Shown here: positions 34,025 through 43,459 of the stretch, piece by piece
Position numbering within the stretch: position 1 is the stretch's first letter
Layout: every line of letters begins with the position of its first letter
DNA from: an uncultured delta proteobacterium
GTDB lineage: Bacteria > Desulfobacterota > Binatia > Bin18
Assembly: GCA_963733195.1 (NCBI GenBank)
Contig: CAVTCR010000066.1
Location: forward strand, 1 to 52,106
DNA: 52,106 bases
Direction of reading: 5' to 3'
Translations under genes and position numbers: made by a program
Notes under the pieces: generated by a model
What the model saw: only the letters and a program-made list of their open reading frames with translations
The model's database searches: none
Told to the model about the DNA's origin: nothing

Positions 34025-34220
34025 GATGAACGCAAGTTGCGTGGTGCTTACGCGGATTGACATCGCCGTGATTTTCACATCTGGTCTTCCTCGCTCTGTG
34101 CTGGCTTGGCAACGCCTATCGGAGCAGGTATGAATCATGACCTCCGTAAATACTGCGCCGTGGACGAAAAGGCCAGCGTCAAGGAGGTGAGTATGGGCGA
34201 ATTACGGAACGGATGCACCG
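34025..34220 (+). mobile_element. Decayed 5' end of a second IS91-like/integrase element, inverted relative to 43093-45708
   Basis: CCTCGCTC..GGCTTGGCAAC.CCTATC..TCATGACCTCC..TACTGCG..CAAGGAGGTGAGTATGGGCGAATTACG aligns with the reverse complement of about 45520-45700, including start codons MGELR. Confidence 0.7.
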
Positions 34221-34927
34221 GGTGGAACAGATGCTTTGTGGGTTTACGTTTTGGTCTACACCAAGACCTTGCATCCGGCCGTGGACCCGCTCTTGCACGA
34301 GGTGCTGGGAGGAGGTGTTTGAGCTGACCTAAGCCAGTACGAACGAGTGGCGGCAGCGCTCTATAACCTTGCCGGTGTCTCCGAGATAGCAGTGAGCAAA
34401 CCACGCGGGTGTGATGCCGGAACGAGCCGGGCGGCAGTTCGCGGCGGGCTTGGAACGGCGCAAGGGCTAGACTGCGGAGGTACAGGCTGATCGAGGGCGA
34501 CTGTGCGGCACCGCCATGCAGGCACGAAAAAGCGCTGCCAAGGCGCACAGGCCCTGCAACTCTACAGCGGAAAGATGAAGACGCACAATGACAAGAACGT
34601 TTGCTGATTGTTCGCCCATGCTCGAAGGGTGTGCTGGTTGACTTGGGTTAGTTAGGGCGCGAAATACTCCCTACTCCTTGAGCCCGACGTATGCGCGAAA
34701 AACCCATGACAAGAAAGTGGCGGACTGCGAACATTCTGATCTGTGTACCCCTGGCGCGCTAGTCTGGTCATAAGGACAGCGGGTTTCAATGGTATCGGTA
34801 CCTCCCACGTCCATGATCCTTACCAGCTCTCTCGCAAATTAAAAGCCTTCCGAGCGGGGCTCACCTTGAAGGCGTTCGTGAGAAACGCATGCATAATCTG
34901 GCTTCCTCTCGCAAAGCCTCGTCCAGC

Positions 34928-35044
34928 GTCCAACGTGCCATCACACGTGGTCAAACGAGCGACGGTGCGTCAAGGAAGGCCTGCGAGATCACACCGAACT
35001 CGTAGTGCTGGGCAGATCGTTGCCCCCCGTTGAGCGTATTAGCC
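34928..35044 (-). other. Degenerate attC site
   Basis: Minus strand GGCTAAT ... GTTGGAC with weak internal complementarity. Confidence 0.45.
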
Positions 35045-35232
35045 ACGGGGTTACACAATTTGCGTGTCCACGAGCGCAAGCGTCGGACCTGCGAGAATTA
35101 AACCCCAAACATCTGATCGCCGAAATCGGCTACGGCATCCTCTGTGAAGAATGGTTCAAGCTGAGCCCAGTTGTCACTGGCATACGCTTCGTCAAAGCGG
35201 CGGCATACGCCACAAACGCGGTAGGTCCCATA
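35045..35232 (-). pseudogene. SnoaL/NTF2-like cassette gene remnant
   Basis: Cassette start GTTAGGGAGAAAGTTATG; translation across an indel FVAYAAA-DEAYASDNWAQLEPFFTEDAV, then broken. Confidence 0.4.
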
Positions 35233-35239
35233 ACTTTCT

Positions 35240-35282
35240 CCCTAACAGAGAGTGCCTTAGAACCTGAACGGAATGGTTAGCC
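35240..35282 (-). other. Truncated attC after the TA cassette
   Basis: Minus strand GGCTAAC right after the hepT stop and GTTAGGG at the other end; only 43 bp, shorter than a normal attC. Confidence 0.45.
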
Positions 35283-35286
35283 GTAG

Positions 35287-35643
35287 CTACGGTTCACTTT
35301 CTTCTTCTTGACTCGCGCTCAACATCTTCTCAACCGCTTGCTTCAGCTCTGGAATATCCCGTTGAGTAATGTCCCAGACCATGTCCAGATCGATCCCGAG
35401 ATAATCATGGACCAAGATGTTCCGGAACGCCACAATCTTTCGCCATTCAACATCTGGCTGTGTTGCTTTCGTGGTCTCGGACAGCCGCTGTGTCGACTCG
35501 GCCATAACTTGTAAATTGCGTAACACAGCATCTTGTAGGGTATGCGATTCCATAAAGCGCTCGTGCCCTTCCACAATGTCTTCTGTAATCCGCCGAATGC
35601 ACTCTAGAACATGACGCAGATAGACGGTATCGTCTTTGTTCAT
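35287..35643 (-). CDS. HepT-like HEPN RNase toxin (DUF86)
   Basis: DAVLRNLQVMAES, FRNILVHDY (RxxxxH-Y); overlaps the MNT gene by 4 nt. Confidence 0.9.
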   Translation of the reverse strand: MNKDDTVYLRHVLECIRRITEDIVEGHERFMESHTLQDAVLRNLQVMAESTQRLSETTKATQPDVEWRKIVAFRNILVHDYLGIDLDMVWDITQRDIPELKQAVEKMLSASQEEESEP

Positions 35644-35933
35644 AAGGGAATGGCCTCGCGGAGCACGCGATTACGCAGGTATGGATTGAGGGCTTTCTCA
35701 GTGACAATCTCGACTCTCCGCCCTAACATCTCTTCGAGATCCAGCACCAAGCCTGCGGGGAACCAGGAGCTAGTCGTCGGGCCTTTCTCGATGAGCAAAT
35801 CAATATCGCTTTCGGGGCCAGCGTCCCCTCGTGCTACCGAACCGAAAACGCGGACATTGTAGGCCCCGTGTTTGGCTGCGATCCGTCGAATGTCCTCCTT
35901 CCTATCTTGCAAGAGCTTCAGTAGAGTCATCAT
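35640..35933 (-). CDS. MntA-like minimal nucleotidyltransferase antitoxin
   Basis: FGSVARGDAGPESDIDLL (GSx10DxD). Confidence 0.9.
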   Translation of the reverse strand: MMTLLKLLQDRKEDIRRIAAKHGAYNVRVFGSVARGDAGPESDIDLLIEKGPTTSSWFPAGLVLDLEEMLGRRVEIVTEKALNPYLRNRVLREAIPL

Positions 35934-35950
35934 TCACTCCTTGGACTCAT

Positions 35951-35979
35951 AGTATTAATGACTGTGGTCATTCGATCAA
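35951..35979 (-). promoter_or_regulatory. Cassette-internal promoter/operator of the MNT-HEPN TA
   Basis: Minus strand TTGATC-17 bp-AATACT with palindrome AATGAC-CACA-GTCATT (35957-35972) in the spacer. Confidence 0.5.
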
Positions 35980-35989
35980 GGCAACTGAT

Positions 35990-36085
35990 ACCTAACGCCG
36001 CGCGCGTGCCGCGCCGGGAATAACGCGGCGTATCCTTATTCACGCATCCCACGTTCCCGGTGTCGGCTCGAAGCGCTTGTTAGCC
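35990..36085 (-). other. attC site
   Basis: Minus strand R'' GGCTAAC 4 nt after the stop of the 352-aa gene, R' GTTAGGT, inverted arms CCGACACCGGGAA/TTCCCGGCGCGG. Confidence 0.82.
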
Positions 36086-36089
36086 CTCG

Positions 36090-37127
36090 TCAGCGTAGAA
36101 TGACGGGTATACCATCTTCATACTCGATATTAATATATTCCTCGTGCATTACCTCTTCAAACTCTCTTCGGTAACGAGGCTTCATATTCGCAAGCACCTG
36201 GGAGACTATGTCGTCTACCGCAGCTTTGATTTTCTGTAACTCTTCGATTCCAAGCTCGCTTATCGAGTTAGGGACGATTCCTTCGCGTACATCGTCTGGA
36301 CTTAGCAGAAACGTGAAGTCGTCATGGTAGACTACAGCCGTCCTCATGCTCTTTGTGACGTTGGCGTGGATAAAGTCATTCCTGGCGTTGACCAAGCGAT
36401 GGAAGTTTCGGAATACCTCGGTTGTATGGTCGATTGGCTTACCGGCGAAGCAATCACAGTAGATAGGTGCAAGTCGTAGCTTCACATCAATTTGCTCGCG
36501 AGCCAGCCGGTCAACAATTCGGTCCTCCCGCAGCTCTTCTTTGAGATAGATCTCGTAGACGAGATTCAACAGACCTTCTATTGCAGCGACAAACTGGAAG
36601 AAGGCGGCTCGACACAGGGTGTAGTGAGTGGACCAGTCTCCTAGCTTAACTGTTGCGGCAGATAGGTCGACATCCATTGTCCGAAGTTGCTCGGCGATCG
36701 TCAAGAGTTCCTCGGCAGTTTGATAATAAAGTGCGAAGGGGTTCTGGATGACTTGGCCAGGAGGGTCCTTTTTCAGGCTCGCAATTAGCGCTCGGTGCTT
36801 TATTGAGGCATGAGCCACCTGTCTTTCGAGTTCTTTAAGGAGACGTTCAGAGCGAACCTCATCCTTATTCTTTTCGTAGACATGAATGCTCCAGCTATCA
36901 AGCTTCCAATCATTGACCTCGATCAGAGCGTCCTCAGTCTTGATGAAGAAGACCCACTGCTGCTTGCTCTCGTCGAGATGCTCGGTATTGGGCTCTCCGA
37001 ACAGCGACTTGAGACCCAGGTACGCCTCTAGGGGAGAAAGCGTTGAAGGTCGTGCGAAACCAGTTCGATCGTTACTATCGACCGATAATTCTTCAGGCGT
37101 CGCGACGGAGAACTTGATCTTCGACAT
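36090..37127 (-). CDS. Cassette-borne hypothetical protein with C-terminal HEPN-like RNase motif
   Basis: Intact ORF between two attC sites; AAIEGLLN ... LVNARNDFIH (E + RxxxxH); likely ATG at 37127. Confidence 0.65.
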   Translation of the reverse strand: MSKIKFSVATPEELSVDSNDRTGFARPSTLSPLEAYLGLKSLFGEPNTEHLDESKQQWVFFIKTEDALIEVNDWKLDSWSIHVYEKNKDEVRSERLLKELERQVAHASIKHRALIASLKKDPPGQVIQNPFALYYQTAEELLTIAEQLRTMDVDLSAATVKLGDWSTHYTLCRAAFFQFVAAIEGLLNLVYEIYLKEELREDRIVDRLAREQIDVKLRLAPIYCDCFAGKPIDHTTEVFRNFHRLVNARNDFIHANVTKSMRTAVVYHDDFTFLLSPDDVREGIVPNSISELGIEELQKIKAAVDDIVSQVLANMKPRYRREFEEVMHEEYINIEYEDGIPVILR

Positions 37128-37142
37128 GACGATGATGTCGGG

Positions 37143-37291
37143 GTTCAACGGCTCGCCCAGATCAGCTGGCGCGCTGCCCTCAATCCGCCGGCGCCGCCGC
37201 CACCATCACGGCAGGCACCGGGTCCCATGATGGCATGAGCGGACGGCATAGCTCAAGCGAGAGGCACGTCAGCTCTATTGGCTTGTTAGAC
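37143..37291 (-). other. attC site of the retron cassette
   Basis: Minus strand GTCTAAC-AAGCCAATAGAGCTGAC ... CAGCTGAT...GTTGAAC, starting 6 nt after the repaired RT stop codon. Confidence 0.78.
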
Positions 37292-37297
37292 GGCATG

Positions 37298-39009
37298 CTA
37301 CACGTCGTGGAGAATTTGCTCGCGAATCCGCTGGAAAACCTGAAAGACAGGGACCAAACCCTCCGAAGTCAACGGCATCAAAGGGCTTCTCTCCAGCCGC
37401 AACGAGATCAAGAGAAAGCCGACTTACTAAGCGCTACGTTCTTCCTTGTAGCGATGTCGATGACCGTCTCAAGAATGACCGACTTCGAGTTGGGATAGGG
37501 GCAAGAGACATCATTCGTTGCGTGGGCACCGGTGGAAAGGTCAAACTCGGATCGCGCGAAGACGCGCCGTCCCTCGCTGTCGGCGGTCTTGAGGATTGAG
37601 TCTTCGTAGAGAAGCTCGACGCAGAGTGAGAAGGAAGGATTGCGATGAGGAGGTACTGGAAGCGCGAAGGAGTAGACGCCGTTCCCCCAGTTCTTGTAGG
37701 AGCCGGCGTCTTCGACCTGCGCGACGACTAGTGGGGAATCTCGGTCGAAGATGAAGACGCACGAAACCGCCTGGTGCGTTCCTGCGAGCATCTCGCATCG
37801 CTTGAGGAGGTCTTTGTCTCCCTTCGCGTGGTGAATCTGGAAGTCGAGGTCAATCTCCGGGAAGAGGCCATCTACACGGAGACGCTGCAGGGCGGTCCGA
37901 AGATGCGTGTAGTCGGTCTTGCCTTCGCAGAACACACGAAAGGGCATCTGCGGCCAGATGGACGGCCGGGTCGTAGGCTTGAAATCCGTGTCTAGAGCGG
38001 CGAGCCGCGTGGCGAGCCTACGATAAACCGGGTGATGCCAGCCTTTAACGGAGCCGAGATACTGGATCTTTCCTCGGACTACGTAGCGGAACTTCGGCAT
38101 CGACTTGGCCTGCGGACGATTCTTCCGATCTCCCTTCTTGAAACTGGCCTCGGCCGCAGCTTCTCCATGCTTTTCCCACACGTAGATGAGATTGCGGAGT
38201 GAACGGACGTACTTCTGGGGGACGTTTGGGAACTCATTGGCAACCAGACCGGTTACGAGCTGCCGCTGCGTGCGATTCCGCAGAACTGTCTTCGCAGCGT
38301 TTACGGTGAACCCGTGCTTCTCGACGATCTCCCGTAGCGCTTCACCAGCGACGACTGCACCAGTCTGCCGATCGGTAACGGCAAGGGACTGGGGAAACGC
38401 GCGACGACGAGTCGAAAAGACAAGATCGTCGCAGTAGCGCGTGTAGTAGCAGTAGTCCTTCCGGGCCTGGAGAGACAACGCTCGGTCAAGCCCACGGCAG
38501 ATGATGTTTGAGATCAGCGGTGAGGTCGGGGCTCCGTGGGGCAGTACGTTGTCGTGGCAGCAGATCTGCGCGAGCAGCGTGGCCACGTCGGGCATGTAGT
38601 TGAATGGCGGAGCCATGAACATTCCGCGCACGCGACCGAAGTTGATGGACGGGAAGAAATTCTCAAGATCAATGCGGAGAACCCACAACTGGCGCTTGTG
38701 CACCCTTGCGTTGGTCAGAATGCTTCGGGCACTGACGTACCCGTGAACGAAGGGAGGAGGCTTGTAAAACGACTTGAGTAGGGTAGCGAGTGTACGCTGG
38801 ATCTGCTTGATGGGAGCAATTGGAGCGTGGATGACCCGAGTACCCGTACCAGAGCGACGTTTGAGCTCGAACCGCTGGTAGCGATTCTTCGCGGGAAGCG
38901 CATAGAACCAGTAGTTGAGCTTCTTGAGCGGAAGACCGAGAGCGTTCGCAACCTGCGAGGTGGTGTACAGCGGTAACGGATGGTCGAAGGAAAGGGCGCC
39001 GTCTGACAT
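37298..39009 (-). CDS. Retron reverse transcriptase fused to C-terminal TOPRIM nuclease (Ec67/Eco2-like, type I-C)
   Basis: Region X NARVH, DLENFFPSI, LPHGAPTSP, YTRYCDDL, region Y LVTGL; TOPRIM CEGKTD and FDRD; C-terminus SKSAFSDLV...DFGGF.PVF recovered across indels to the stop at 37298; ATG at 39009 follows the ncRNA. Confidence 0.92.
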
Positions 39010-39019
39010 ACAGAGTATT

Positions 39020-39167
39020 CGGGGTGCGGCTCGGTTGTTCAACCTATCGCGGTACAGGGCTATGAACATGGAACCCTGGACATGCGCGCACGCAGCACGC
39101 TAAAGCAGAACGTCCGATAACCGTGGCGAGTACGCCGCGGAAAAGCAACCCATCGAGCCGCACCCCG
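39020..39167 (-). ncRNA. Retron msr-msd non-coding RNA
   Basis: Perfect 14-bp inverted repeat CGGGGTGCGGCTCG (39020-39033 / 39154-39167) enclosing hairpins CCGCGGCG-TACT-CGCCACGG, GGACGT...ATGTCC and a TGTTCA...TGAACA msd-type stem; ends 10 nt before the RT ATG. Confidence 0.85.
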
Positions 39168-39171
39168 CCAC

Positions 39172-39200
39172 ACCCTAGCACCTCATACACCGCCAGTCAT
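39172..39200 (-). promoter_or_regulatory. Cassette-internal promoter for the retron
   Basis: ATGACT (39200-39195), 17 bp, extended -10 TG-C-TAGGGT (39177-39172); predicted start site falls at the 5' repeat arm. Confidence 0.6.
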
Positions 39201-39206
39201 CATGCC

Positions 39207-39301
39207 GGCTAACGTCGCCGGTCACCTGCCGCCCACCGTGGCTGTTCGGCTTCAGCCAGATCCGCCAGCGGGCGGCGATGCGGTGCAGCGCCTGGTTCGT
39301 C
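39207..39301 (-). other. attC site
   Basis: Minus strand GACGAAC-CAGGCGCTGCACCG..GCCGCCC ... GGGCGGC..GGTGACCGGCGAC-GTTAGCC. Confidence 0.82.
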
Positions 39302-39361
39302 GTTCTTGCCGGACCAAGGGAACCCCTCCGGCGCGTCCCACTTGGTAATCAGCAGGGCCCA

Positions 39362-40299
39362 CTATTCGACATCGACGCGGCTCTCGGCAATCAGTTCATC
39401 GACCTTGGGGAGCGGCTCCGGCGAGTTGGGCAGGTTGGACCGGGTCATCGTGATGTCCAATCGGAAGGTGTTCGGCTCCATCTCGCCGTGTTCCCACTCC
39501 TTGTCCGTCTCCTCCCACGCCTCGTTGTCGATCAGCCCTAGCGCGTACCACTGCCTGTCGGGGACGACCACGCTCTTTTTCAAGTGGTCGTAGTAGCCCA
39601 GGGACACGTCTGTCTTCACGGTCTGGGCCACCCAATCCTCTCAACAGTGAAATGGAACTTGAGGCCTCCGACCATTAGCGATTGCCCGTGGTAGGACCAG
39701 CGCGGCTCGTGCCGGAACATACAGAGGAACCAAATCCTGTTGGCCATGTCGTGCTCCGAGGCCACGAGCTTCATCTTCTCGTTGATCCAGTGGATCACCG
39801 GGAGGCCGTCAAACAGCAGGTCCTCGACCTTCCACTTCTCCTCGATCTCGTGGGGGTGCCCGTCGAACGGGTAGAGGGAGGCCGTCTCGAAGGTCAGGGT
39901 CAGGCGCCGCGCGACCACCTCGCGGTGGACCCTGATCTTAATCGTATCGTCCTTCGCCTTCATCGCGGACGCCATCTCGATCCCGACCCGGTTGGCCTTC
40001 TTCAATGCATCCCGTGTGAAGCCCGAGTCACTGAACATGATCGCCCGGTCAGGCTTCAGGTCGCGGATCTTCGACTCGAACGCATCGATGAAGCCGATCC
40101 CGATGGGCCTAGCGTGGTCTTTGCACTCGACCAAGATGAAGTGCGGGACGCCGTTGAGCGTGCCCCGGACTTCCACGTCCATATCCCGCTCGCCGTCCGG
40201 CCCTGTGATCCACTGCTCCGTCTTCACGGCCGAGCCGGGGTCGAGGGCCACCATGACCGTCCCGACCAGCTCCCGGTACTCATCACCTGCTTTTGCCAT
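39362..40299 (-). CDS. Cassette-borne PD-(D/E)xK restriction-endonuclease-like (Mrr_cat type) protein, one frameshift near 39630
   Basis: RDMDVEV...ILVECKD, SGFTRDA; ORFs 39616..40299 and 39362..39631 join; no cognate methylase in the cassette. Confidence 0.78.
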
Positions 40300-40479
40300 A
40301 CCTCACGCCATATTAGTTAGAGACGAGCAGACACCTTCGCATCCGCCGCCTCTGCCGCCGAACGCCCAGACGTCGCCGGCGGGGCCGCCGGAGCGGCGAA
40401 GCCGCGGAGGCGGACCCGTCCGGTCAAGCGCGTTGTGTACGCCCGGCATGGGCGTGAGTGTGGGGGTGCAAGTCCCCTA

Positions 40480-41700
40480 ATGAAGTTTGACGATCAAAAT
40501 CGGTAATATAGAACCATCTCAGGCAGCTGGAGCAACGAGATGGCAATCCGACGAACATTGAGGCTAAAGACGCGGGAGCAACGAGAACTGGAACATTACC
40601 GGGATCATGATGCGCGGCCCTACGTGCGCGAGCGATGCAGCGCCTTGCTAAAGGTCGCGGCGGGTGAGGCACCGCATGCCGTGGCGCGCCAGGGAGTGCT
40701 GAAGCCGCGGGACCCAGACACCCTCTATGGCTGGTTGACAGTCTATGAAGAGGAAGGGGTGGCCGGGCTCGTGGCCCATCAACAGGGTGGGGACCGCCGG
40801 AGGTTGCTTCGAGGAGTGCGCAACCGTGAAAGAGGAACTGTTGGAGACCCTGCGCGCGGGGCCGGGTGAGGCCGCCCGCCGGGAAGTGGCAGTGACAAAG
40901 ACTGGCCCCGCCCCGAGCCGCTGGACGCTGCGCACGATTCGCGCGTCGGTGGACTGGCTGACGGACTACACGGTGAGTGGGGTGTGGCGGGTCCTGCAGG
41001 CCTGTGGGCTGGGGCTCCACGCCGCGTGCGCCCGCTTGTTTAGTCCCGATCCCGACTATCGCAGCAAGGTCCGGCGGCTGCACCGCTGTCTGCGCGACGC
41101 CGCGCGTCACCCCGATACTGTGGTCGCGCTGTTCTTGGACGAGTTTGGCTATCAGCGCTGGCCGGAAGTCGCGCCCACCTGGGGCTTGGAGGCGGCGGTC
41201 GCGCAACGCGCAGGCAACAACCAACAATGGCGCACCATTGGAACGCTCAATGCCCTGACTGGACAAGTGAACTACCTCGATGGGTACATCGTCGGGCGAC
41301 AACAAGTGATTCAGTTCTACTCCCAACTCGACCGTGCCTATCCCGAGGTGGATCCGATTTACGTGATCCAAGACAATTGGAACATTCATACCCATCCTGA
41401 GGTGTTGACTGCTCTGGCACGCTACCCCCGCATCACACCGGTGTGGCTGCCTACTTATGCTCCCTGGCTCAATCCCATTGAGAAGCTGTGGCGCTGGCTG
41501 CGCCAAGACATCCTCAAGATGCATCGCTGGGTGGAGGATTGGCCTCGGGTCAAACAGCGGGTCCACGATTTTCTCGATCAATTCGCGCATGGTTCTGCCG
41601 CTCTGCTCCGCTATGTCGGCTTGATCGGCAAAGGCAAACTCGCCACCGTGCTCAACTCCTCTTGATTACCTGATTACCGAACTTGCTTGTCAAACTTCAT
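40480..41700 (+). mobile_element. IS630-family insertion sequence inside the intron
   Basis: 28-bp imperfect terminal inverted repeats beginning ATGAAGTTTGAC, TA duplication (40478-79 / 41701-02). Confidence 0.92.
40540..41665 (+). CDS. IS630 transposase (HTH orfA + DDE orfB, frameshifted)
   Basis: FLDE, IQDNWNIH, WLPTYAPWLNPIEKLW. Confidence 0.92.
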
Positions 41701-42282
41701 TAGGAGGTTCACCTTCATGAATCGCAGGATACATGAAGCTAACTACAGTCCAAGGCAAGGGCGTCACCGCGAGGTGAGGTCTGAAGGAAGCCGGCGACGG
41801 TACGGCGAGGCGAGGAACACGAACGCTATAGAAGGCTCGTTTCCCTGGGACGAGTTGGCACAACACAACGAAGTCCTGTGAATCGGGGGATAGGGTAAAT
41901 GGCGCGCTTGTGCCGTAACCACTCACGGTCTTATCCGGGGAGATCTGCTCCGCGTCCTGGGAAGTGGCGTGCCACGGAAATTGACTGCGGGGAGGAGTAA
42001 TCCTCTCTGACCCGGAGCAGCAGTCAGCCGAGGTCATAGTAGCTCAACATCCTTCGGGGTGCCGAGTGAAGGACCGAACAGGGAGGACAAGGCGGAGGCA
42101 TGACCGCCTCGACGACGCCAGACCCGAACCAGGCGGCGGCTCCGCGGCGGAGGGTCATCGACCCAGCCTTGGGCGAGACTGTCTGACTTCCCATCCTGCC
42201 TGAACCGCCTAGTGCGGACCCGCATGCTAGGTGGTGTGGGGAGGGCGATCAGCGATGATCGCCCTTACCCGATTGGGCCGCG

Positions 42283-43040
42283 TCACAATCGCTCTGCGGC
42301 GGCAAGCTAGTCTGCAGAGATTCGACCGCCATGCGAGGCGCAACTGCACAACGGGCTCGCGCCATAGAATTTACTATGCTCCTGAATCTTGAGACTTCCC
42401 ACGGGGAACCAACACCGCGTTCGATTCCGGTCAGTGGCAGCTCAGTCGTTTTGCCCAACTACGCTTGCCACCCATGAATCGGCGGCACCCGCAATGCGCC
42501 ACTCGGCCTCATGGAGATGATCTGCGATCCGATGTAGGACAGCAAATCGAGCGCTCGTCGCAGACTGCGGTTATCGAAGAGTATCTGTCCAGTGGAAGAG
42601 ACGTGCAGCCCATTTAGCCTCGCGACGACCAAGATCTGGAACAGATGCTTCGAGAAGGCGGAGCCATGGCCAACGTATGCCACTCGATCTCCACCGAAAT
42701 CCTCGATCCACTTACGGGAAATGACTAGGCCATACTGTCCAAAGGTCACGGCATGCGCTGCTATCGATCGTCCATCCGGAACCTCCGTAAAACATAGCAT
42801 TGGAACCTTACCCTCAATGGTCCCGATTCCCGAAAACAGGATATTTCTCTTGACTGAAGATGTTTCCGAGACTTCGTTGTAGCGACGCCAGCTGCCGGTT
42901 CACGCATCGGCATGGCAAGCGGAAACTATCGCCGAACTGGGTCCTATCCGAGGTTGGTTTCAAAGCGAACCATGTGGTCCGTGACATGAGGCCGCTGGGC
43001 GACAGCTTGCTCGAGATATTCTGCTCGTGGCAGGCAATGT
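42283..43040 (-). CDS. AbiGi-like abortive-infection family protein (cassette gene; frameshifted, ends approximate)
   Basis: VPMLCFTEVP...AAHAVTFGQYGLVISRKW...GGDRVAYV resembles the AbiGi CFT...H...YG signature. Confidence 0.55.
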
Positions 43041-43092
43041 AAAAGCTTCACAACTCGTGCTCCCTCAAAGGGCAACTAGCTGGCAGTTAGCG

Positions 43093-43182
43093 GCCCAACG
43101 CAAAGGATTTAATCCGTCCTGCGGATAAAGCAAGAGGTGTACTTTTCTCCCTACCCAGCAGGACGCTTAAATCCTGTTGAAC
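43093..43182 (-). other. attC-like site closing the IS91-like element
   Basis: Minus strand GTTCAAC-AGGATTTAAGCGTCCTGC ... GCAGGACGGATTAAATCCT-TTGC-GTTGGGC. Confidence 0.75.
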
Positions 43183-43459
43183 GTAACCGCGGCTCTCAGA
43201 CCGTCGGCACTATGGGGATTCTATCGAGGCTGGCCCCTCCTGCCAATGGTGATACTGCCAGTGAGAGCATGAGGGAGGAGGTGGAGAAGGGGACGAACGA
43301 ACGCTGGCGGTGGGCAAGGCGGCTGCGGTTGGCTACTCGCAAGGTCCATGACGACTAGAGAGCCCGGCGATAGATACACGTGGGTCGTCTGCTGCATGAG
43401 GAAGATCACGAGTAGTGAAGGCGGAATGGTAGTTGATCGAGCCGGAACGGGGAAGCCTA

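Larger units (their letters stand above)
40437..42273 (+). mobile_element. Group IIC-attC intron, ORF-less (about 614 nt once the IS630 is removed)
   Basis: 5' GTACGCCCGGCATGGGCG; domain V CCGCCTAGTGCG-GACC-CGCATGCTAGGTGG with CGC triad; domain VI GAGGGCGATC...GATCGCCCTTACCCGAT; inserted at TTGT/T on the attC bottom strand. Confidence 0.88.
40357..42278 (-). other. attC site split by the group II intron (halves 40357-40436 and 42274-42278)
   Basis: Removing 40437-42273 restores ...GCGCGTTGT|TGGGC = R'' GCCCAAC on the minus strand; R' GTTCGGC; arms CCGGCGGG/CCCGTCCGG. Confidence 0.85.

Noticed and set aside
37298-39009. RT as the group II intron-encoded protein, or as a DGR or CRISPR RT
   Set aside because: It has retron NAxxH and VTG motifs, a TOPRIM tail and an upstream a1/a2 repeat; it lies outside and antisense to the intron; no TR/VR pair or cas1 is seen
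39010-39069. ORF-track start of the RT at 39069
   Set aside because: It falls inside the msd hairpin and repeat arm; ATG at 39009 fits retron architecture
40424-41590. 388-aa minus-strand ORF
   Set aside because: Antisense shadow of the IS630 transposase; no recognisable motifs
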